Part shown: positions 26,001 to 37,427 of the stretch, piece after piece
Layout of the letters: every line of letters starts with the position of its first letter
Numbering within the stretch: position 1 is the first letter of the stretch
Origin: Bigelowiella natans CCMP2755
Lineage: Eukaryota; Protista; Cercozoa
Assembly (NCBI GenBank): GCA_000320545.1
Contig: ADNK01001381.1
Location: forward strand, 1 to 46,717
DNA length: 46,717 nucleotides
Reading direction: 5' to 3'
Notes under the pieces: model-generated
Told to the model about the DNA's origin: nothing
The model's input: only the letters and a program-made list of their open reading frames with translations
The model's database searches: none
Translations under genes and position numbers: made by a program

Positions 26001-26709
26001 CTTCGTCGAAATATATCGCTACTCCTAGATCATAAAATCTGAAATTTGAGATTTCACGGATGCTATGAGGAAAGTGAGAAATTATTATTCTTCATTTCGC
26101 AACTTACTTTTGCAACATCAAGCGCACTTCTCCCTTATCAACGATCCCACGCTTAAAACATATCTCTTCAATCGATTCCAAAGTAAATATCGCCTGTTCT
26201 GTGGAAATCAGATCGTCGCATACTTTTGTCCATTGGGATGGTACTTCCTCATTTGCCTAGTGTGTCATCCCACAGATGAGTTGGAAGTGCGAAAATGAAC
26301 CATCACGTATCAGTATAATTGTGGCGTAGTTTACCAAATATAAATGAATATTCATCTCCTTTACCTTTGGATTGTTCTTCAGAGTTTCCATCACCTCGTT
26401 ACGCAGTTCCATAATCGTACTGTGCACTTTCTTATCACTCGATCGGAACCTAAAGGCGATGATAACAATACGTGAGATGATGAAATCGGCTAAAGGGTCA
26501 AGACAGAGCAAATCAGCACGAACGACGATGATTGACTGGACAGCATTAAATCCGCTGTACTTGCTGTCAGCAGGAAAGAACACCAAATCCGCAGGTTCAG
26601 AAGACTTTTCTGGGCGCCAGCGTTTACATCGAGGCCACGGAAAGTGTTCAAAGCCCTCAAAAACCTGACGCACACGCATACACACACACACACACACACA
26701 CACGCGCAC

Positions 26710-26753
<44 letters not shown>

Positions 26754-26960
26754 GTTAGAGTAAGAGAGATGTCATATGTAATTACATTGTGGCCTACTAA
26801 TATACCTCTCTCGCCATTTCTGTGATTTGCTGGTCGATTGAGTCGAGGACCTCCAAGAGCGCCTTTTTAGTGGATGGTATGCAAACGTTAACAACGATAC
26901 ATAACTGTACGATACTTACTAACACGTGTATACAATACATAGGAGTACGATACTTAAAAC

Positions 26961-27004
<44 letters not shown>

Positions 27005-30000
27005 TGTGTAGCATGTGTGTTTGAGAGCATTTCTTACCTCTGGGTCATTATATTCTTCGAGTTTATCGATCTTCATTCCCACAAGTATTATTGGCGCCCC
27101 GGGAGCAAACGTGCGAATGTTTTGAAGCCAGAATCTCAGGTATTCTTCTGCCTTCTCTTTCTGCTTCGCTGCCTCGTTACCTAATAGTTTACGTTAGACA
27201 GTATGTAATCTCTTAAAACGTTTTTGTCGTACCTTCTTTCTCTCTTTCTCTCTCCCTCTTTCTCCCTCTTTCTCTCTTTCTCTCTCTTTCTCTCTTTCTC
27301 CCTCTTTATCTATCTGTATAAGTTCATGAAATATGCAAAGGTGCACCCAGCTATTGTAGCCTTTGGATCAGATAGCTTAAAACAAATGATACCTTTGGCA
27401 TCATTCTCTCTCCCAAGGAACTCCTCAAGGGAAAACACCACCATATAGAGGCAATTGTGGTTCAGAAACATTACATGCGATGTGTAGAACACCTCCTGCC
27501 CTGCAAAATCCCAGACCGACACCTGCATTCATTAGGAGGAGATAATTGGTCGAGTGATCACGCAAAACATTCGTAGTCACACACACATACACACACACAC
27601 ACACACAGGCACATACCCGGATAGCTTCCGGATTCTTAAGGGATTCCTGTATAAGCCCGGGTTTTAGTTCCTAATGGTGTTTCAAGGATAATCAGCAAAT
27701 CGCGCTTGGGATGTAATATGGACGTAATCAGTTGCAACTTCACTACATTCTCATCAAGACTCATTCGGCACCTTGAGAAGCGTCTCCTCGACTTCTCCAC
27801 TTCGTTTGTGCAGTTTCTTTGATTCCGTGGCATCTTCATCGACTATACTTTTCTTTGTTGAAGAACCTTTGATATGCTCTTTCCCTTCCACAGCTACTAC
27901 TGCTGCTGCTGTCTCCGTATCCGTTTTCGCATTCTTCACATCGCTGGGAGACTTCCCTTTTTTGTCATATCTGCAAGGAATCTGGGATAAAATCATACAC
28001 CGCACAATGGTCATTGGCATGCATGCAGTATATCTTAATCACATTGACGACTTCATTCAGAAATATTTGGATCTGTCTACCTTCGAAGTATCATTCTCCT
28101 CCTCCTGTGGCCTCTGACTCTTTAAATAGGCCAATCCCAATGCTCTCTCATGATTACCTCCTATGCAAACGACATTTTGACAATTATCCACAGGACAATT
28201 ACTTTACAAAATAAATGGAACTTTACGAACATATCGTAATTACCATGTTCGATAGTCTTAAATATAGTTTCTCTATTGTCGTCTCCCTTAACATCCTCAT
28301 CTGTTTTCTCCACGGTTACGTCATGGACGGTGACATCTGCCAGCACCTGCATATGATAGTGTACAAGGGAAACTGCATGAATACATAAATATTTCCTTTT
28401 CAAAAAACGATTATTTTTTGTATCTATGACATCATAACCGTTGATTCGACGTCGCAAAACTCTTCGCCCTTCAAAGCCTTGTATAACGTCGTTTTACCAG
28501 TATGTTCTTTACCAACTATCATCACGCGAGATCGTCGCCACGGTACCGTGATAGCAAATAGCCTTTTAATAGCCTCCATAGAGAGGGAGTTGTCTGCATC
28601 CTGAGCGCACAAAAAGCCGAATGATGTAGGAGGGCGCAACAAAAGGATTGGAAACGAGAGAAAAGGGACAACAGTTAATCAATTCTTGTTGTCGGGATAT
28701 AATGGATAGCCAAACGCCTTATTCAAACATCAAACATTGTTTATATTTCGTATTTCGTATCTGAGAATTTTAAGACAATCCCTGTCGTTTTGAACATACG
28801 GAATATTTAATCGCATTAGGCATGTACCAAAAATACATCGCATTGGGCATGTACTAAATCATACATTGTTGTTTTGGTTCGCCGTCCTAAGGATTCTGTC
28901 GATACGCTCATTTGCTAAATCCGACGCAGTCCAACCTGGCAAATTCAGGTGCGCGCAGCAAATGATGATAATTCGAACGAAACAGAAAAACAACGAGCGA
29001 ACAAGCGGTCAACTAATTAACCAACATTCTTCGACAACTAGCACCAAACACCGCAATCACCCATAAGCACATACAAGCACACACAAGCACACACGAATAT
29101 AAACATACAAACATATGCACTCAAATAATTAAACACTCTCTCTAACACTCTCAAATCCCTCTTGTTTTTTACATCATCATTACTTGCATCCTCATGATTG
29201 GTATCAAGATTGGTATTTGTCGTTCGTTGATGATGGGACAGTTTGATGGTTTCATTTTCCTCCTCCTCCTCCTCCTCCTCCCCCTCTTTCTTCCTTTGCT
29301 ACTACTCATGCTCTCAATTTCACATGACATCTTCATGCTCATTTGGCGTGATGATTCCTGCTCTTCTTTGGTGTCATTCTATCCCTCAATGTGCATGAAA
29401 GAATCCTGCCGCACTAACTCGAATATTATTACTCACCGTTATTATCCTTCGCCTCGATGTTCGCCTTCGACTCAACCAGATACGTCACGATCCTTTCGTG
29501 TTAACGTCCCGACGCATAGAACAGAGGGGTTTCACCTGGCAAAACAAAGCACCCAACAAATCATCATTCGGAAATGACAGTACATCAAACAACAAACAAA
29601 AGAATCTGCTAAGTTACCAGCCTCATCAAAAAGGCTAACACCAAATGCTATGTACTTCCACAAATGCACACTGTTAAATGCACATCGGCCATTCATGACA
29701 TGAGCAGTATTGGCATCCTCATGATTGGTATCAAGATCGGCATTTGTCGTTCGTTGATGATGGGACAGTTTGATGGTTTCATTTTCCTCCTCCTCTTTCT
29801 CCTCTTTCTTCCTTTGCTACTACTTGTACTCTCATTTTCACATGGCATCTTCATGCTCATTTGGTGTAATGATTCCTGCTCTTCATTGGTGTCATTCTAT
29901 CCCTCAATGTACATGAAAGAATCCTGCCGCACTAACTCGAATGTTCTTACTCACCGAAACTATTCTTCGCCTCGATGTTCGCCTTCGACTCAACCAGATA

Positions 30001-32189
30001 CGTCACGATCCTTTCGTGTCCATGAAATGACGTATAGAACAGAGGGGTTTCACCTGGCAAAACAAAGCACCCAACAAATCATCATTCGGAAATGACAGTA
30101 CATCAAACAACAAACAAAAGAATCTGCTAAGTTACCAGCCTCATCAAAAAGGCTAACACCAAATGCTATATAACTCCACAAATGCATACTGTTAAATGCA
30201 CATCGGCTCTTCATAACATGAGCAGTATTGGCATCCTCATGATTGGTATCAAGATCGGCATTTGTCGTTCGTTGATGATGGGACAGTTTGATGGTTTCAT
30301 TTTCCTCCTCTTCCTCCTTCTCCTCCTCCTCCTCTTTCTTCCTTTATTACTACTTGTACTCTCATTTTCACATGGCATCTTCATAATCATTTAATGTGAT
30401 GATTCCTGCTCTTCATTGGTGTCATTCTATCCCTCAATGTACATGAAAGAATCCTGCCGCACTAACTCGAATTTTCTTACTCACCGAAACTATTCTTCGC
30501 CTCGATGTTCGCCTTCGACTCAACCAGATACGTCACGATCCTTTCGTGTCCATGAAATGACGTATAGAACAGAGGGGTTTCACCTGGCAAAACAAAGCAC
30601 CCAACAAATCATCATTCGGAAATGACAGTACATCAAACAACAAACAAAAGAATCTGCTAAGTTACCAGCCTCATCAAAAAGGCTAACACCAAATGCTATA
30701 TAACTCCACAAATGCATACTGTTAAATGCACATCGGCTCTTCATAACATGAGCAGTATTGGCATCCTCATGATTGGTATCAAGATCGGCATTTGTCGTTC
30801 GTTGATGATGGGACAGTTTGATGGTTTCATTTTCCTCCTCCTCTTTCTCCTCTTTCTTCCTTTGCTACTACTCATGCTCTCATTTTCACATGACATCTTC
30901 ATGCTCATTTGGTGTAATGATTCCTGCTCTTCTTTGGTGTCATTCTATCCCTCAATGTACATGAAAGAATCCTGCCGCACTAACTCGAATGTTCTTACTC
31001 ACCGAAACTATTCTTCGCCTCGATGTTCGCCTTCGACTCAACCAGATACGTCACGATCCTTTCATGTCCACGTCCCGACGCATAGAACAGAGGGGTCGTA
31101 CCTGGCAAAACAAAGCACCAAACAAATCATCATTCGGAAATGACAGTACATCAAACAACAAACAAAAGAATCTGCTAAGTTACCAGCCTCATCAAAAAGG
31201 CTAACACCAAATGCTATATAACTCCACAAATGCATACTGTTAAATGCACATCGGCTCTTCATAACATGAGCAGTATTGGCATCCTCATGATTGGTATCAA
31301 GATCGGCATTTGTCGTTCGTTGATGATGGGACAGTTTGATGGTTTCATTTTCCTCCTCTTCCTCCTTCTCCTCCTCCTCCTCTTTCTTCCTTTATTACTA
31401 CTTGTACTCTCATTTTCACATGACATCTTCATAATCATTTAATGTGATGATTCCTGCTCTTCATTGGTGTCATTCTATCCCTCAATGTACATGAAAGAAT
31501 CCTGCCGCACTAACTCGAATATTATTACTCACCGTTAATATTCTTCGCCTCGATGTTCGCCTTCGACTCAACCAGATACGTCACGATCCTTTCGTGTCCA
31601 TGAAATGACGCATAGAACAGAGGGGTTTCACCTGGCAAAACAAAGCACCCAACAAATCATCATTCGGAAACAACGGTACATCAAACAACAAACAAAAGAA
31701 TCTGCTAAGTTACCAGCCTCATCAAAGAGGCTAACACCAAACACTACACAACTGCCCAAATACACACTTAAGTACACATCAGTTATTCTTAACATGAGTT
31801 TTATTTGCATCCTCATGGTCAACATCAATGAAGGTTGCTGCTGTTTCCTACAAATCCACTAAACTTTAGCCTCTGCATGAAGTGACATCATCATTCGAAC
31901 TCAAGCTCATTGTGCTTCATGAAAAATGTCAACTCCGTCGTCCCCCATCACGAACTTTGCTTGTTTCATGACTGCTCCGTGCTCTTTTCCCATTCATTTT
32001 TTTCTCGTCAACCCTTCGAACATTCTTCGCCCAGAGTCTCGCTATCCCTGCCTCTCTCCGTTCCCAACCAAACTAACCATTTTTATCCTTCTGTTCGATG
32101 TCTGCATTTTTCTTGATCAGCAGTTTCAGCGTAGTTAGGTCATTCTTCTCCACAGCTTCCCAGACCTCCTTGCTCAGTCCGCCTCCCAT
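20872..32189 (-). CDS. ROCO-family multidomain protein: N-myristoylation motif - ankyrin repeats - ROC GTPase - COR - unknown region - CHAT (caspase-like) protease - STAND-type P-loop NTPase; >25 exons
   Basis: Exon 1 is MGGGLSKEVWEAVEKNDL...ADIEQKDKN, followed by five ankyrin exons and a cap GWTASDLA. ROC: G1 VMIVGKEHTGKTT (~28490-28520), G3 VWDFAGQEVFY (~27490-27520), G4 PIILVGMKID (~27065-27095). COR: EEVPSQW and FYDLGVAIYF. CHAT: ATKENVSRAL..LLVGSHC..LEFE..LMLAACGSE..FFERLLCGATV. STAND: Walker A ITGPKNIGKTS and Walker B LL|IIDDVE. Most exon phases I checked between COR and CHAT are compatible; one donor (~23316) is ambiguous. Confidence 0.8.
29186..31817 (-). repeat. Tandem array of five exon+intron units (periods 518/530/518/530 bp), each with a 99-nt single-ankyrin exon
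   Basis: Exons at 31533-31631, 31003-31101, 30485-30583, 29955-30053 and 29437-29535. All are bounded by ccag|GT...G|gtgagt (phase 1-1), and the introns are near-identical. Confidence 0.95.
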
Positions 32190-32429
32190 TCTTCTTCCAG
32201 TTGCCGAATAGTTGGAATGTAACCCCAATGCAAATCTCGAGAAATCTCACCACATGTAACATTGCGATAACTGACACACCTTGATCACCAGGGCGTCGTC
32301 AGGGCGTCATCCGGGTATTTTGGAACAAATGCTGGAGGTTTTGGAGTTGCGACATGAATTTTCCATGGATTTATTAATGACCAACTGCGGAGTCGAGTAT
32401 GCTCAGTATTGTCTTCATTGTTCCTCAGG

Positions 32430-34022
32430 ATGGCTGCCGCACGGCCGGGGTTCCGGCATGGCGTCGCCCGCATTCGCTCATCGTCCGTGGCCGCTGCAGC
32501 TGCTGCTACCTCTTCCCATCCGATAATACGAACCCGTCAAGAATGTGACGTGATAATTGTTGGGGGTGGGCACAACGGAATGGGTAGTGACAGATTCGAA
32601 TGCTCTTCCTTCTTCTTCCTTCCGAGCATGAGGTACATGTGTCCTAAATAACATATCGACAGTCTCGGCCGCATATCTAGCCCGTGCTGGTTTGGATGTC
32701 ATGGTTCTCGAACGTCGTGGGATTTTAGGAGGAGCGGCAGTGACGGAGGAGGTCGTGAAGGGCTTTCGATTCTCCCGTGCATCGTATCTAGCGGGTTTGC
32801 TGCGGCCCAGCGTCATCCAAGACCTCAGCCTGCACAAACATGGACTCAAGTGCTGTGCATTATTGAAAATATGTGAGAGGGGGGAAGAAGGCGCAAAAAT
32901 GCGCCGCTTGTTGCGCGGCAATCCGCAACTACACATTTTACTTCAACTAATACGATTGTTCAAAGGTACCTTGTGCGCGATCCTTCTTCCTTCACACCAT
33001 CTCTTGTTGACGGACCTCTCGGTACAACAAACCATTCCTCATGACTTCAGCATTCTGAGGGTGGAAGAGCTTTAGTTGGGCATCAGGCCCATGCTAGCAT
33101 GGCACGTCTACCGTATAATAGTCCTGATGTTGTTGAAACAGGTGGGCGCAGCTTGCTTCTCGGCTCGGACATGGATGCGACGTGTGCCTCAATTGCACAA
33201 TTCTCCGAGAAAGATTCGAAGGTAAAATGCTCTCTTTTCTCAAAGAAGAGTAAGGAGGTGGGGTGTAGTCTGAAGCGCGTGGTTGCCTTTTTTGCAAGGG
33301 TGGGAGCGTGTACACGCGGTCTGTGGTTGGCACTTCTCGTTAGATTTTGCGTGCCTCACCGTACATACCAAACAACAACAACAACAACAACAACATGTGC
33401 ATATTCCAAGAACTGAGTTCGCACTCAGTAAGTTTACTTGTATCAATTTTGAAAAATCTCTCAGGTCTACCCCCTCTACGAGGAGTTTCTGGCGGAGTGC
33501 CGAGAGATTCTCCGCCCGCTGCTCGACGGCCCCCCTCCTGATCCATTCCAGGGCCGCTATTACGAGCGCAAGCAGGCCGCGACCACGCTGTATTCCCTAA
33601 TCAAAAACGCCGCGCGGCACCGAGGGACTCTGGGCGCTCTATATGTCAGGGAGATTAACAACTCCTCCCCTTTTCACCGTCCCCCCTTCTCATCTGATCA
33701 TTGCTTCATTTTCCTCATTGGCAGTGGTGGTGGTTGGTAGTCTAATATCTCCTCCTCCTCCTCTTCCTCCTCCACCCGTTTCATCCAGGAACTACTGACC
33801 GCCCCTGCCTGCCATGTGCTGGATAAATGGTTCGAGAGCGACATGTTAAAGGCCACACTGGCGTGCGACGCAGTGATTGGAGCTATGATATCTCCCCGAG
33901 ACGTCGGATCAGGTTGCTGCTCCTGTGTTACCATTCCGTTGTTTATAATACATCGTTGTCGTGACATAGTGTGAGGAGATCCACGCTCATCACATCACCT
34001 CATCACACACACACACAATATT

Positions 34023-34065
<43 letters not shown>

Positions 34066-35938
34066 CACACAAATATATAATTGGAAAAAATGTATTATGT
34101 GAATTATCATATACAGAGTGGATAGACTCATTTACTTCCTCCGTGTCCTCCTCCCCTTTCTGCTTCTTTTTCTTCCTCCTCACTTAACATGCAAAAACAA
34201 GGATATGTTCTCCTCCACCATGTACTCGGTGAGGCGGCGGGAAAGCAGGGTGTTTGGGCCTACGTGGAGGGTGGAATGGGACGTATCTCGGATGCAATCG
34301 CCTCTGCCGCGAAGGAGGTAGTATGTATTCATGCGAATGATAATGGTATATACGTCACGACAGCTCTTAGAAAAGGTCGCGTGATATTGTTGATCGGGTG
34401 ATGATAGGCCGGGGCGAAGCTCCTCACAAATTGCCAAGTTAAGTCCATTGACCTTGATGAAAGAGCGGGATCGGCTACAGGTCTGACCACGACTCATCAA
34501 ATGGCAGGCTTGGTGTGAGCACGTTGCTGCACGGGGGGGGGGGGAGATAAAAGCACCCTGTTCACTGATACGGTTCTCTCATTATCACCTCCTCCGCCTC
34601 TCAACTGCCAATTTGCTATTTCATTACGTGTTTCTCCTCCTCCTCCTCCTCCTCCTCCTCCTCCAGGCGTGACTTTGGAAAGTGGCGAATCGCTCACAGC
34701 GCGCGTGGCTGTTCTCTCCAATTGCACGGCCCACCAGACGATCACGAAGCTTCTACCGGAAAACTTCCTGGATTCCTTTGCTGGAGGAGGCTTTCGCTCT
34801 TACGTCCGGCACATCAAGGGCTTCGACTACAGCTGCGGGTCGTTCAAGATTAACTGTGCACTGAGCAAGCTGCCCGATTTCGCATGTCTGCCGAATGGGC
34901 GGTCGCGGGATGGCGAGGGGAGCGGGGGGGCAAATCACCGGGGGACGATCCACTTCGAGAACACGATCGACGAGATCGAAACTGCGGCACGGGAAGCATC
35001 CAACAGAGTTCCCGCTACTCGGCCGGTGTGTGTTCGTATCGAAAAGCGCGCATTCCCTTCATTATTCCCTGCATCGTAAAAGGCGAAACCATCCTCGCAT
35101 TCAGGTCATTGAAATGACGATTCCAAGCGTACTGGATCACACGTTGGTGGACGGAGCGGGCCATCATGTCGCGCAGCTCTTCGTGCAGTTTGCTCCCTAC
35201 GACATAGATCCGACGGTGGGGAACTGGAAAGACCCCGCCTTCAAGCAGGCCTTCGTCGATAGGTACTCGACAACAAGCGCGAAAAGATGGTGATTGCAGT
35301 TATGACTAATGAACCGTTTGAATGTCATCAGGGTATTCGGCGTTGTAGATGAGTTCGCACCAGGATTTTCCGACTCAATCGTGGGTATTGACGCTCTTTC
35401 GCCCCTTGACCTCGAGGAGATATTTGGGTCCTGGATGAGCATGCAAATGCAACAATCTCCCATTCCCCCCCCCAACACGCACGTGCACAGCATGCAACAC
35501 ACTCCCAAGTATCTACAGCAAGTTTTAAAAAAAAGGGGAACTCGGAGGGGCGATGTTCTAAAACTCCATCCTTCCCTTCTCCAACAGTCTTCACCGGGGT
35601 AACATATTCCATGGAGCACTGGGGTTGCACCAGATCGGATGGGCGCGGCCAATATACCGTTTCACAACCCAGAGCTGGCTCTCCTCCTCATTGTCCTTTT
35701 GCTGTTTTCTTTTTTTGGTGTGATGCCAACCAGGTGGGGTGGAGCTCGCATAGGACGCCTATTCGAGGCTTATATCTTTGCAGTGCAAACATGCATCCGG
35801 GGGGCGGGGTAGCGATGAGACATATGTAAATGCCGGAATGGATGGTGGTAACGATGATGGTAATGATAGGTATCAGGGGCTCCTGGACGAAATTGTGCTG
35901 GAATAGTGCTGAGCGACCTTGGAATGCCTTTGTCGTAA
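32430..35938 (+). CDS. PYROXD2: Pyridine nucleotide-disulfide oxidoreductase domain protein / phytoene dehydrogenase-like (PYROXD2 family), multi-exon
   Basis: [88 protein letters not shown] and GAPGRNCA. The N-terminus resembles a mitochondrial presequence. Confidence 0.93.
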
Positions 35939-36669
35939 TATGTGGCGACGTCTATAGGTTTACTTATCATCTGTGCGAATGGCTATCACATGCAATACAA
36001 GATATATTCGAATTATATAATTATCAATCGTGACAGCGTGTATGTATATATGTTATTCGCCAAGACCATGCTAGCGCTTCTATTGAGCAGAGCTTGGTTG
36101 AAAGATTGCACACTCGTTTAAAAGCAGCAGGCCAAATGCTGATGTACAGCATGTGGCGTTGTTAAACAAGCGAAAATAAAACTGATGAAACTGTGGAGCA
36201 AATGACACGCACGCTGTAAGAAATTGCACCCTGCTAGCCTATCGCAGCCCAATCGCAGCCCATACGTAAGCTAAGAGGTCTATTTTGGTACCGCGATCAA
36301 TTGGTGAAAGAATTGCGCATTTAACACTGATGCAATGATGTCACACTAGTACATGCATCCGCGTAGTGAAATACTGAGCTGATTTATTATATTTGTTGCA
36401 ACTTTATAATGTAATTTTCTCTCTACCCTTTCGTCTACCATGATTTTATGTTTTCCAACATAGAACAACAAACAGCTACCTGGACAACTCACAGTTTAAA
36501 ATCATGGTTTACACAAGCAAGCCGTGTACTTATATCGTACATCCCTTTAGAATTAGTAGTAGGCGAATAAAAGACGGTACATATACATGCTGGTGTATCT
36601 AAATTATAATGTCTACGCACACATTGAAACTAAAAATGATAAAGTCTAATCCATCACATCCATTCGTCT

Positions 36670-37427
36670 CTAACCGAGATCAGGCAATCGCCCAACCATA
36701 AACCAGGCGTCCGTGACCTTCTCCACGTCGCTTGCATACAGCACAAGATTGGACGCGTTTCCCAGTAAATGGCAACCCATATGAAGCAGCGTAGAGGCCC
36801 ATACTCTCTTTGGATGATACACAGCGCAACCTGCGACGAACATCAGCACGCCGGCCAAGAACAATGCGTTGAAGAGCATCACGTTTGGGGAATCCAGGCT
36901 TCGCATCCACTGATTATATACGACGGATCAGTATGTGACGAAAAATATGATATGCATTTATGGTGGCGGCAACAACGACAACAATGACGGGGACGACGCG
37001 AGTGATGAAGACGAGGTTTATAATTACTAGTATTCGGTGTAGTTACGCGGCCGATATTATTGACCTGGTAGATTGCCACCAAATGGACAGTGACAATGTC
37101 AACAGAGCGCCGCCAGCCGTACTTAGGTTCTCGCCAGTAATTCACCGAGGTAACAAACACGCAGGCAGACGCCAGCCCCAGGTCAAAGTACCCCCGCGAA
37201 AAGCCGTACAGACTGGAAAAGGGAACGAGCCAGGAGACGCACAGCAACACACGGGAGCACTTCGGGGGCAGCACGCAGCCTTCGAAGGTCCCATCCTCTC
37301 TAACCTTCCTGGATTCCATCTTTGCTAACAGTTCATCGTCGCATGCTAGCTCTAGTGAGTCCAGCGGCGGCCTTGTGTCCCCCCCCTGATCTCTGGAGGG
37401 CCTTGGCCGGACACGTAGCCCTGTCAT
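36670..37427 (-). CDS. Multi-pass membrane protein, CREST-superfamily-like; two exons
   Basis: FVTSVNYWREPKYGWRRSVD|...WASTLLHMGCHLLGN: hydrophobic helices with S-x3-W...D and H-x3-H motifs. Phase-0 intron at ~36910-37064. Confidence 0.7.

Noticed and set aside
28811-28866. Short tandem duplication (ATCGCATT.GGCATGTAC) in a ROCO intron
   Set aside because: Two imperfect ~27-bp copies; ordinary slippage with no evidence of function.
29437-31631. CRISPR array or diversity-generating retroelement (TR/VR) interpretation of the tandem array
   Set aside because: Units are ~520 bp with no unique spacers and no cas genes. Substitutions are not confined to adenines of a single template, and there is no DGR-type RT nearby; the only RT is a Gypsy element ~27 kb away.
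29194-31862. Repeated plus-strand ORFs (MHTVKCTS.../MIGIKIGIC...) that look like a tandem family of membrane peptides
   Set aside because: They are antisense read-throughs of the repeated intron. The hydrophobic stretch comes from a CT-rich tract, and the real coding signal is the spliced ankyrin exon on the minus strand.
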